Source of the DNA: an uncultured Bacilli bacterium
GTDB taxonomy: Bacteria; Bacillota_I; Bacilli_A; RF39; UBA660
Direction of reading: 5' to 3'
Length of the DNA stretch: 64,000 nucleotides
NCBI GenBank assembly: GCA_944372425.1
Contig: CALVZC010000003.1
Span: 6,570-70,569 of the forward strand
Under the pieces are notes generated by a model. That model made no database searches. It was not told where the DNA came from and worked only from the letters and a program-made list of their open reading frames with translations. This document shows, piece after piece, positions 54,916 through 64,000 of the stretch. Each line of letters starts with the position of its first letter. Position 1 is the stretch's first letter. The position numbers were made by a program, and so were the translations under genes.

Positions 54916-55167
54916 TTATATCAAAATTATTTCTGACCCATTTCTAATATCTGAATCTTTAACAGTAATATTAACATTATATGGCTTTCCAGTTGCTTTA
55001 CTATATATAGTAGCATCTTTTTTAGATGGATAATGACCACCTGACAATTCAGAAACTGCTTTTGCTAATATACTTGACACTTTATGTATTTTTTTCCCAA
55101 TTGGAATATACACTTCATATCTTTCTCCAATTAAAGGGACTTCAACAACTATAAAAACCTTATTCAT
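54916..55167 (-). CDS. esaB: YukD/EsaB-family ubiquitin-like T7SS protein
   Basis: 83 aa with a beta-grasp-like pattern ending in TVKDSDIRNGSEIILI (compare YukD ...LSDCGITNGDRLEIL). The gene overlaps the essC 3' end by 8 nt. Confidence 0.7.
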   Translation of the reverse strand: MNKVFIVVEVPLIGERYEVYIPIGKKIHKVSSILAKAVSELSGGHYPSKKDATIYSKATGKPYNVNITVKDSDIRNGSEIILI

Positions 55168-58100
55168 TTTTTGTCAACTCCTCTTCTAATAATTTAATTA
55201 AAACAGGAATTCCTCTTTCAACAGTATAACCAAACCTATTTCCAATTTCTTCATATAACTCTTTAGAAGTTTTAGCTAACTTAATTGCAAATTGATTAGC
55301 AATACCGTCGCCTACCCATATCCCCCTATTATTGTTTACTGTATTTCTATACCAATCATCATATTCTATCTTTTTAAATTTGTCAATGCTATCAACTAAA
55401 ACAAAGCAATATTTCTCAAGTTCTTTACCATATTCAAACATTTTACCAAATAAATTTTTATTTTCTAAAGACAATTTAGCTGAAAATTTATCAATACCAC
55501 AAATAACACACACAGTAATTGGAATATTTGCTATGCTATTTTTATCATAATTACTGTTTTTATAAGTTTCTTGTACATTTTTTATTTCATTATACAAATT
55601 TAAGAATTCAGAATCAATTCCTTTACTATAATAATTGACATTACTAAACTTACTATTATCCAATATTTCTTCTGCATCTATCACACTAAATTTTATGTTT
55701 CCTAGCAAACTTATTTCTTTTATAACTTCTGTAATAAATGGTTTAATTGTCATTAAATCTAATGACGTTATTACTGTATTATAATTTCTTAAAAGATCTA
55801 CAGTCGATACTTTAAGACTTTTCTTTTCTACACCTACAGGTATACTATTAATTCCTTTTAAATAATCTTTAACAAAAGAATATGTTACTTTGGCAGGTAA
55901 AATTGGAACTGCCTTAGCCCTATATTCAAATTTTTCAGAAAGCATATTACAAGTTTCTCTTATTGTATCATTAACTTTATCAGGTTCACAAATAGATGCT
56001 GTTTGAAATTCATAAATTGCTCCTAAATCAATAAGACCACGACCAACTATATCAGATGGTTTAGTACCTCTTACATTTCCAAGAATTGAAGAATAATCAT
56101 TTTCATCATTAAGCTGCAACACTAATTTTTGTTTAAAGTTCTGTGCTAATCTATATCTAATCATATTGCTTGCACTAGTTGTAAAAATAAAATAAATTCC
56201 AAACTTTGTTCCTTCTCTAGTTAATTGTAAAATAATATCTTCATAATTATCATAAACTTCTGTAAAAGCTTCATAGTTGTTAATTATAACAATATAATTT
56301 GGAACAGAACTACCGCTAGATTTAACGTATGTTTGATAATCACCACTATAATCAGCAAATAGTTTCTTTCTACGTTCTACTTCGGTTTTTAACATTTTAA
56401 ATAAATTACTGATTTTTTCACTATCGTTTATATATAAAATATCACCAACATGAGGAGACTTTGAAAAGACCCTTAATGATTCTGCACCAAACTCTAAAAT
56501 ATAAAAATTTACTTCTTCTGGTTTGTGCATTATCATTGTTGAATATATTATCGCATTTAACATTTGTTCTTTTCCACTTCCAGCAGAACCATATACAATA
56601 GCGTTTCCATCAGTAGAAATTGGCAAAGTAAGTAATCCTTGTCTTTGATTAAATGGATCATCAAATTCTCCGATTATTGGATTAATGATAAATGAGCTAA
56701 CCGTATAATTGTATTTAGTTGCAAGTTTATCTAAAAATATGAATGCTGGTATTTTATCTAACCATAACTGTTTAATTTTTATATTTTCTTTTTCAGCTAT
56801 ATCAGATAAATATTTAACAATGCTAGTTAACTGCTCACCTTGAGCTGCTACTTTATCTATTCTTATCTCATCTGATTCTTTAATAACAGCTCCTATATTA
56901 TTTACAAAATTCATTGATGTATCTATCTTTTTCTTAACTTTTTCTGTTGGAAAATATGGTGCACCACACCAAGCTGATTGACCCAATCCAAAGAATTCAT
57001 TGTAACCTACTTGTAAATAAAATCTACCAGTCTGTTTTATTAATGCCGCATCAGGGACTTTCAACATATCATTACTATCTGATTTATCTTGTACTTTTAA
57101 GCAGACTCTAAAACGAGCATTTGACCAAATTTGATCATTAACTACGCCACTAGGCTTTTGAGTTGCTAAAATCAAATGTACACCCAAACTACGTCCTATA
57201 CGTGCAGCAGAAATCAATTGATCCATAAACTCTGGCTGTTGGGCTTTCAATTCAGCAAACTCGTCAGAAATAATTAACAAATGTGATATAGGTTCTTTTA
57301 CAAGTCCTTCATGATAGAACTTTTGATATTTGTATATATCAATAGTCCCTTCATTTAATAATTGTCTTGCCTCATTAAAAACAGATTGTCTTCTACGCAA
57401 CTCACTTTGAATTGATACAAGTGATCTATTCATTTCCAAAGTATCCAAATTGGTAATAGTCCCTGCTAAATGTGGTAATTTTACTCCAGTATCATCATTT
57501 TTAAATGCTCCTGCAAGTCCTCCACCTTTATAATCTATTAATATAAATGATACATCATTAGGATGATAATTAACAGCTAAAGATAAAATATAAGTAATAA
57601 TAAATTCTGATTTACCAGAACCAGTCATTCCCGCAATAAGACCATGTGGGCCATGTACTTTTTCATGAATATCTAATTTAAATAGCATTCCGTTTGAATC
57701 AATACCAATAGGAGCTTGCAATGTAGAAGTAGGATTACTCATTTTCCAACGAAAAATAGAATTCAATTGTTCAACTTTACCAACACCATACATTTCTAAA
57801 AAATCAACCAAATTAGGCAATGCATAGCTATCTTTAGTAAATTTTATTGGAATATTAGCAACTTTTCTACAACAGCTTATAAAATTGCTTTGCATATAAT
57901 TATCGATAATAAATTCTTTTTGTTTATCAGATGTAAGTTCACTTTCAAATACTGCTCCGTTTTTCCCATTTATACTTAAAAAAGTAGTACATTCATTTGG
58001 CAATGTCGATAAATTTTCATTTAAAACAATAACATCCATCCCAATATTAGTTTTTGACTTTAATGCTTTAACCATAATTTGAACATTTTTAGAAATTTTA

Positions 58101-59758
58101 TAATTATCTGTTATAATTATATAATATGGTGAAAAAGACTTGTAATCTTCTTTATCTTGATTAATTCTTGGTTCTAAAACTCTTTCCAAATATAATGAAA
58201 TTTCACACATTTCTTCATAGTTAGTAGCAAAAAAACGCATTTGTTTATCATTACTCCAAGTATGTGGCAAAATTTTAACATACTCCCAATCATCAACATG
58301 TTTTTCATCTATAAAAAATACAAATTTTACATCTTCATAACTATGAAAAGTTATTATTTGTAATAGTAACTGTTTCATAAACTCTTTAGTCTCATTCCAC
58401 TTACCTACAGCCCCTAAAATATACTTTTCAGTTAAAGAAATACTTATAGGTACATCTTTTAAATCTTTAGATTTATCAACTAAAGTATTAAGTATATCCT
58501 TTAAATTATCTTCATCCATAGAAAAATGTTCTTCTGGATACTTAATATCCAATTCTAATGGCTTATCACCTATTCCTAATCTTAAAGACAAAAAGTCAGA
58601 ATGATCTATTTTTCTTTCCCATAATTGTCTATTTTTAGTAAGAATTATTTTTTCACACTCGTCCAAAGTTATAAAATTTTCAATTAAAATTTGTTTCTGC
58701 TTTTTCATTATCAAATCGATTTCATTTCTTTTTTCTTCGATATATGCGCCATATTTTTCTTGACGCTCTTTTTCACGTTTTATTTTTTGTTTTTTCTGAT
58801 ATCTTTTTGTTAATAATGGCCATAAAAACATACTTGCTAACATTCCCACTGCCATTACTAACGATGGTAGTGATTGTTGCCAACTTCTTTCACCAGCACT
58901 TATTGCATCAACGGTATTATATAAACTTAAAATTGAAGACATCCCCATTGTCATCATTGGCCCCATTGTATAAATGAAAGGCATTTCTTCTTGTTTTTCT
59001 TTACCAGGTGGAGGATCAATTACCATTTCTTCTTTTTCAATAATAGTCCTAAAACGTGGTGAGCGAAAGAAATAATCATTTTCTTCATATACTTCCAACT
59101 CAGCATTTTTTTCTTCATCAGTAGGTTCAATTGCCACATTTGGTTTTTCATATAACGAAAAAACGTCACTGCTATACTTAACACGATCAAAAGGATTATT
59201 AGTTATTATAAAATTACCAAGAACAACTATTTTTAAGCCAGTTATAAAAATAACATCGCCATGATTTAAAATTTTAGTTCCAATTAACCTTTCATTATTA
59301 ACATAGGTGCCAAACTTACTATTTAAATCTGTTATTTGCCAAATACCATTATTATATGATAGTTTTGCATGCTCGTCAGACACCGTTGGTAAATTGAATA
59401 TAACTTTACATAGTTGACTTTTTCCTATTAAAATTTCTGTTGACCCTTTAACTTCTATTTGAATACTATTAGAATCATAAACAGGACAACAATATAATAA
59501 GGCAATTTCCTCTTTTTCAATTTGGACATAATGAAAACTATAATTTTTTAGAACAACTTCATTTATAATACGATCTTCTTCAATTACCTTATTATCATTA
59601 TTACTTTTTAATAACCATTCCCCGTTTTTTTCCTCAATACTTAATAATTTTCTTTCATTACCACTTTTGTCATTATCTGATACCCAATATGTACCATTAA
59701 CTGCAATTGGTAATGAAACAGAATATATTTTATCTTTCTTTATTAACAAAACTAACAC
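55160..59758 (-). CDS. essC: T7SS ATPase EssC/YukB (FHA-FtsK/SpoIIIE)
   Basis: 1532 aa. Evidence in order along the protein:
- N-terminal FHA region (ILIGKS...SDEHAKLSYNNGIWQITDLNSKFGTYVNNERL).
- Two TMs (MPFIYTMGPMMTMGMSSILSL and LPSLVMAVGMLASMFLWPLL).
- P-loop GLIAGMTGSGKSE with Walker B LLIISDEFAEL.
- A second P-loop, YGSAGSGKEQ.
- GTG start after a GGTGGG SD. Confidence 0.9.
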   Translation of the reverse strand: MLVLLIKKDKIYSVSLPIAVNGTYWVSDNDKSGNERKLLSIEEKNGEWLLKSNNDNKVIEEDRIINEVVLKNYSFHYVQIEKEEIALLYCCPVYDSNSIQIEVKGSTEILIGKSQLCKVIFNLPTVSDEHAKLSYNNGIWQITDLNSKFGTYVNNERLIGTKILNHGDVIFITGLKIVVLGNFIITNNPFDRVKYSSDVFSLYEKPNVAIEPTDEEKNAELEVYEENDYFFRSPRFRTIIEKEEMVIDPPPGKEKQEEMPFIYTMGPMMTMGMSSILSLYNTVDAISAGERSWQQSLPSLVMAVGMLASMFLWPLLTKRYQKKQKIKREKERQEKYGAYIEEKRNEIDLIMKKQKQILIENFITLDECEKIILTKNRQLWERKIDHSDFLSLRLGIGDKPLELDIKYPEEHFSMDEDNLKDILNTLVDKSKDLKDVPISISLTEKYILGAVGKWNETKEFMKQLLLQIITFHSYEDVKFVFFIDEKHVDDWEYVKILPHTWSNDKQMRFFATNYEEMCEISLYLERVLEPRINQDKEDYKSFSPYYIIITDNYKISKNVQIMVKALKSKTNIGMDVIVLNENLSTLPNECTTFLSINGKNGAVFESELTSDKQKEFIIDNYMQSNFISCCRKVANIPIKFTKDSYALPNLVDFLEMYGVGKVEQLNSIFRWKMSNPTSTLQAPIGIDSNGMLFKLDIHEKVHGPHGLIAGMTGSGKSEFIITYILSLAVNYHPNDVSFILIDYKGGGLAGAFKNDDTGVKLPHLAGTITNLDTLEMNRSLVSIQSELRRRQSVFNEARQLLNEGTIDIYKYQKFYHEGLVKEPISHLLIISDEFAELKAQQPEFMDQLISAARIGRSLGVHLILATQKPSGVVNDQIWSNARFRVCLKVQDKSDSNDMLKVPDAALIKQTGRFYLQVGYNEFFGLGQSAWCGAPYFPTEKVKKKIDTSMNFVNNIGAVIKESDEIRIDKVAAQGEQLTSIVKYLSDIAEKENIKIKQLWLDKIPAFIFLDKLATKYNYTVSSFIINPIIGEFDDPFNQRQGLLTLPISTDGNAIVYGSAGSGKEQMLNAIIYSTMIMHKPEEVNFYILEFGAESLRVFSKSPHVGDILYINDSEKISNLFKMLKTEVERRKKLFADYSGDYQTYVKSSGSSVPNYIVIINNYEAFTEVYDNYEDIILQLTREGTKFGIYFIFTTSASNMIRYRLAQNFKQKLVLQLNDENDYSSILGNVRGTKPSDIVGRGLIDLGAIYEFQTASICEPDKVNDTIRETCNMLSEKFEYRAKAVPILPAKVTYSFVKDYLKGINSIPVGVEKKSLKVSTVDLLRNYNTVITSLDLMTIKPFITEVIKEISLLGNIKFSVIDAEEILDNSKFSNVNYYSKGIDSEFLNLYNEIKNVQETYKNSNYDKNSIANIPITVCVICGIDKFSAKLSLENKNLFGKMFEYGKELEKYCFVLVDSIDKFKKIEYDDWYRNTVNNNRGIWVGDGIANQFAIKLAKTSKELYEEIGNRFGYTVERGIPVLIKLLEEELTKNE

Positions 59759-59940
59759 TTAATCCCACCAGCTTCCAAACACACTATTATTATTCTAAAA
59801 CAATGTTAACAAATTTTATCAAATTTATCAATCTAATTTAAAATTTTTCTATTTTTATTTTTAAAATATTATATTATCTAATATTTTTGTATCCATTCTT
59901 ATAACTTTTTTAAATTTAAACTGAATATAAAATTAATAAA

Positions 59941-59982
59941 AGCATAGATAAATTAAAGAAAATTAAATCTTTTATCTATGCT
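59941..59982 (-). terminator. terminator hairpin between the 302-aa gene and essC
   Basis: 12-bp stem AGCATAGATAAA/TTTATCTATGCT with T-rich flanks on both strands. Confidence 0.6.
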
Positions 59983-60017
59983 AATTTTTTTTAAAATATA
60001 TTCAAGAACAAAACAAA

Positions 60018-60926
60018 TTACAATGTTTTTACATCTGAAATTGTTGTTGCTTCAACAAGTTTATTATACATAACTGGATTAGAAGTTTTAGTTTTGGAAG
60101 TCTCAATTCCTTTAGCAAAATTATCTTTAAAATCTCTTTCAAGTTCACTAAGAGTTTTATCCCGAAATTCTTCGGTTGGTCTATATTCACCATTTTCAAA
60201 AACTGCTATAGGCCTTGACCATGTACGTAAATCTTCTGGGTATTCAGTAGCAACGTCACAAATAAAACTACGATTCTCATCCCATGTGCCATTTGCTTTA
60301 ATTCCTTTTGTTACTTGTTGATAAGCTATCCCTAAATTTTCTTTAGATCTGTAAATACATTTTGCATTTGCATTAGAACAAAAAATATTATTCTGAAGCC
60401 TTGGTATTAGATTATAAGTAAAAATGGGTTTATGAGTTGGTTGCAAAACTCTATCAATTAAATTACCCAAAAGCTTTTTACTATCATATTCACAAGTGTC
60501 AGAATAAGAACTATATGATAACTCTATACCATTACTATCATAAATTCTATTTTCATAATCAGTGTATAGAGCAGCATCTAAATCATTTGCAACAGGTCTT
60601 GGTAGTTGATACGTAATACCAAAACTACGTTCTGATATTAAATTCTCTCCTTCTAAAAATATTGCAGTATGAATTATTGCTTCATTGTCTCGTGAAAATT
60701 TAGAATATTTTCCTTTATCAGTTACCACAACAGTTTTTCCATCCTCAGAAACTGAAACTTGATATCTTGTTCTATCGGTAATATCAAATGCAGAATTGCA
60801 AGCATTTTCAAATAAAGCTTGAAACCTAGGATTTGCCAATAAATTTGCATCAATTTTTTCCTTAATTTTTTCAAACTCATATTTTATCATTTCCGAATTT
60901 TCTTTTTGTTTTTCATAAAATTCCAT
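60018..60926 (-). CDS. hypothetical soluble protein (302 aa)
   Basis: Clean ORF with no TM or signal peptide and no recognised motif. It is a monocistronic unit bracketed by terminators. Confidence 0.5.
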   Translation of the reverse strand: MEFYEKQKENSEMIKYEFEKIKEKIDANLLANPRFQALFENACNSAFDITDRTRYQVSVSEDGKTVVVTDKGKYSKFSRDNEAIIHTAIFLEGENLISERSFGITYQLPRPVANDLDAALYTDYENRIYDSNGIELSYSSYSDTCEYDSKKLLGNLIDRVLQPTHKPIFTYNLIPRLQNNIFCSNANAKCIYRSKENLGIAYQQVTKGIKANGTWDENRSFICDVATEYPEDLRTWSRPIAVFENGEYRPTEEFRDKTLSELERDFKDNFAKGIETSKTKTSNPVMYNKLVEATTISDVKTL

Positions 60927-61086
60927 ATAAAACCTCCATATTTAATATAAAATATTATAACATATTTATTAATAGTTTAAAAAAAAGAATATTATAAAGC
61001 AATGTAAATTTTTATAAAAAAAGAAAGAGTTAAAAAGTAATATTGTACATAAATAATTTAAAATATTAATAAGTAGTACATTAAAA

Positions 61087-61123
61087 AACATAGGTTAAGT
61101 AATAACAATTAACAACCTATGTT
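61087..61123 (-). terminator. rho-independent terminator after ileS
   Basis: AACATAGGTT/AACCTATGTT 10-bp stem. A T-run follows on the minus strand, with A/T runs on both sides. Confidence 0.65.
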
Positions 61124-61180
61124 TAAAAAATTAAAATTATTAATCATAAATAATTATAATAATAAAATTCGAATTAAATT

Positions 61181-64000
61181 TTATAATTTTTCAATATCTA
61201 TTTTAACAATAATTCCATTTAAATCAAAGGACTCACAACAATCATTTCTTTCAATTATATCTTTTGCTAAAATTTCATTTTTTATTAATTCAATAAAATC
61301 TTTTATTGAATTTTCAAATTCTTTATTTTTTGAATAATATAAAACAATCCTATCAGAAATATCAAAATTTCTAGTTTTTCTTAATTGCTGTACTTTACTT
61401 ATTAATTCTCTAGATATTCCTTCGTTAATTAAATTATCTGTCAAAGTAGTATCTAATACAATAAAATTATTTTTTTCATTTGACGCATTAAATCCCTCTT
61501 TAGAATTAATTCTTATATCGACCATGTCACTAGTTATTTCATATTCTATATTATCAATATTAATGTTTATAGAACTTCCATTTTTTAATTTAATTATTTC
61601 TTCTTGCTCAGTCTTTTCTAATTCAATAGATAATTTTTTCATATTTGAACCAAAAATTGGTCCGCAAATTTTAAAATTAGGTTTTACTGTAAAAGTCATA
61701 TATTCACTTAAATTATTAGTAAATTCTATTTCTTTTACATTTAATTCTTCTTGAATTAAAACTTTTAAATCTTTTATAATAGGCTCTACCTTTGAATCTA
61801 AAATAACCTTTGCTATTGGTTGTCTTACTTTAATTTTAGCTTCTTCTCTAGCATTTCTTCCTAATGAAATCAAATCACGAACTAAATCCATTTTTTCTTC
61901 TATTTCTTCATTTACTAATTTTTTATTGTATTCTGGATAATCTGCAAGATGTACAGATTCATTATTAGTCAAATTAATATAAATTTCTTCTGAAGTAAAT
62001 GGAGCAATTGGAGCGATTAATTCACATATACCTACTAAAACTTCATAGGTTGTCTGATATACTGCTTTCTTGCTATTATCAAGTTTACTTCCCCAGAATC
62101 TTCTTCTATTTCTTCTAATATACCAATTTGATAAATCTTCGTTAACAAAGAAATTTATATATTTAACCACTTTATTAAGATCATATTCTTCCATAGCATC
62201 CGTAACATTTTTTACAAGATTATTATATTTAGAAATTAGCCATTTATCAATTTCTTCTAAATTGCTATATTTTACTTTAAATTTAGTTGGATCAACTTTA
62301 TCTGTATTAGCATACATTTGAAAAAAAGTATATGTATTTTTTAACGTATTGAAAAATTTAGCTTGGACTTCTTTTATTCCTTCTTCATCAAATTTTAATG
62401 GTGTCCATACAGGTGAAACTGATAACATATACCATCTTGTTGGGTCAGCACCATATTTTTCAATTGTAGAAAATGGCTCTACTGAGTTTCCTTTAGATTT
62501 ATGCATTTTTTGGCCATATTTATCTAATAATAAATCATTTACCAAAACATTTTTATATGGACTTTTCCCCATTACAAACGTAGATATAACTAATAGTGAA
62601 TAGAACCATCCTCTAGTCTGATCTATTCCTTCACTTATAAAGTCAGCAGGAAATTGACTTTCAAATAGTTCTTTGTTTTCAAATGGATAATGATATTGAG
62701 CAAAAGGCATACTTCCTGAATCAAACCAACAATCGATTACATCGCTTACTCGTTTCATTTTTTTTCCACATATTGGGCATTTTATATGGATATTATCGAC
62801 ATATGGTCTATGCAAATCAATATTTTTGTCGATTTTTTCTATTGATTTTTCTACTAATTCATTTATTGATCCAATCATTTCGTCATGTCCACAAGAACAT
62901 CTCCATAAAGGAATTGGAGTTCCCCAATATCTATTTCTAGAAATTGCCCAATCATTCATATTTTCTAACCAATTCCCAAATCTTTTTTCTCCAACATATG
63001 ATGGAAACCAGTTTACTTTTTTATTTTCTTCAATAATTTTATCTTTGTATGCTGTTGTTTTTATATATAAACTAGGTTTAGAGTAATAAACTAATGGAGT
63101 GTGACATCGCCAACAATGAGGATAATTATGTTCCATTTTTTGTTTTTTAAATAATTTATCTTCACTTGCTAAATACTTTATTATATCTATTTCTAGTTCT
63201 TTTTCTACAACTAACCTTCCCTTCCAAGGCCCTTCTGTATAACAACCATTTTCATCAACAGGATTTAATATAGGTAAGTCATATTTTAAACCTACTTCGT
63301 AGTCGTCTTGCCCAAAAGCTGGTGCTATATGGACAATACCTGTTCCATCTTCCATAGTTACATAATCAGCACAAGTAATATAAAATGCTTTTTTATTTAC
63401 ACTTAATATTGGTAAAAACTGTTCGTATTCTTTGTATTCTAAATCTTTTCCTAAATACGTTTCAACAATTTTGTAATCATCACCTAATACTTTATTAGCT
63501 AGTTTTTTAGCTACGATAAAATTATACCCTTTTGACAAGCATTTTACATATTCTTCATTAGGGTTTACACACGCTGCAACATTTGCTAAAAGTGTCCAAG
63601 GAGTAGTTGTCCAAATTAACAAATAGGTGTTTTCTTCTTCTTTTAATTTAAATGGTACTGTTACTGTATTAACGCTTATTTCTTCATATCCTTGAGCTAC
63701 TTCATGAGAAGCTAATCCTGTTCCACATCTAGGACAGTATGGAAGTATCTTTAATCCATCATATATGTATCCTTCATCAAAAAACTTTTTTAATATCCAC
63801 CATTCTGTTTCAATATAACTATTTTCGTAAGTGATATAAGGATGCTCTAAATCAATAAACTGTCCCATTTTAATTGTAAAGTCTTTAAATGCTTTTTCAT
63901 TTTTCCAAACACTTTCACGACATTTTTTATTAAACTTTTCTATACCATATTTTTCTATATCACTTTTACCTTGAAAGCCCAATTCCTTTTCTACTTGTAC
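61181..64000 (-). CDS. ileS: isoleucine--tRNA ligase; N-terminus beyond the window end
   Basis: KMHKSKGN (KMSKS motif), an editing domain and a long C-terminal extension. The frame stays open from 63982 to 64000 (VQVEKEL-GFQGK), so the track's M is an internal TTG codon. Confidence 0.9.
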   Translation of the reverse strand, partial: VQVEKELGFQGKSDIEKYGIEKFNKKCRESVWKNEKAFKDFTIKMGQFIDLEHPYITYENSYIETEWWILKKFFDEGYIYDGLKILPYCPRCGTGLASHEVAQGYEEISVNTVTVPFKLKEEENTYLLIWTTTPWTLLANVAACVNPNEEYVKCLSKGYNFIVAKKLANKVLGDDYKIVETYLGKDLEYKEYEQFLPILSVNKKAFYITCADYVTMEDGTGIVHIAPAFGQDDYEVGLKYDLPILNPVDENGCYTEGPWKGRLVVEKELEIDIIKYLASEDKLFKKQKMEHNYPHCWRCHTPLVYYSKPSLYIKTTAYKDKIIEENKKVNWFPSYVGEKRFGNWLENMNDWAISRNRYWGTPIPLWRCSCGHDEMIGSINELVEKSIEKIDKNIDLHRPYVDNIHIKCPICGKKMKRVSDVIDCWFDSGSMPFAQYHYPFENKELFESQFPADFISEGIDQTRGWFYSLLVISTFVMGKSPYKNVLVNDLLLDKYGQKMHKSKGNSVEPFSTIEKYGADPTRWYMLSVSPVWTPLKFDEEGIKEVQAKFFNTLKNTYTFFQMYANTDKVDPTKFKVKYSNLEEIDKWLISKYNNLVKNVTDAMEEYDLNKVVKYINFFVNEDLSNWYIRRNRRRFWGSKLDNSKKAVYQTTYEVLVGICELIAPIAPFTSEEIYINLTNNESVHLADYPEYNKKLVNEEIEEKMDLVRDLISLGRNAREEAKIKVRQPIAKVILDSKVEPIIKDLKVLIQEELNVKEIEFTNNLSEYMTFTVKPNFKICGPIFGSNMKKLSIELEKTEQEEIIKLKNGSSININIDNIEYEITSDMVDIRINSKEGFNASNEKNNFIVLDTTLTDNLINEGISRELISKVQQLRKTRNFDISDRIVLYYSKNKEFENSIKDFIELIKNEILAKDIIERNDCCESFDLNGIIVKIDIEKL

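Overview
This is a very AT-rich chromosomal segment, roughly a quarter G+C by eye, from an endospore-forming Bacillota. The sporulation call rests on pro-sigma-K, sigma-G, SpoIVFA/SpoIVFB and CotY/CotZ-like coat proteins. All but three genes are on the minus strand.

Most of the window is housekeeping:
- yqeG-yqeH and radC-mreC-mreD
- spoIVFA-spoIVFB-murE-sigK
- a thioredoxin / DsbD-like / NifS cluster
- a tRNA-Ile/Asn/Glu cluster
- fmt, and T-box-controlled valS and serS
- a SEDS protein, sigG, galE and murD
- a DnaB/DnaD-type replication protein
- nrdD-nrdG, MscS, a Ca-type P-type ATPase and ileS

The accessory part lies at about 45.6-60.9 kb. It holds a type VIIb-like secretion locus: a 1532-aa FHA-FtsK/SpoIIIE EssC, a YukD/EsaB ubiquitin-like protein, four WXG100-size proteins and a 516-aa effector with a WXG/LXG-like N-terminus. 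I can see no EssA, EssB/YukC or EsaA/YueB in it. A tightly packed operon follows, encoding a single-pass membrane protein, a signal-peptide plus two-TM protein fused to a C39-like cysteine peptidase, and a MacB/FtsX-type ABC transporter.

Other points worth a second look:
- The NrdD glycyl-radical tail is a separate 56-codon ORF behind an in-frame TAA.
- An 11-nt poly-G/C tract lies upstream of a secreted-protein gene.
- The last ~140 bp of that same gene jump to about 49% G+C with different codon usage.
- The SpoIVFB reading frame is open for 34 codons upstream of its first ATG with no canonical start codon.

I saw no CRISPR array, transposase, integrase or rRNA. All calls come from reading translated motifs and DNA patterns by eye. 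No database or HMM search was run.
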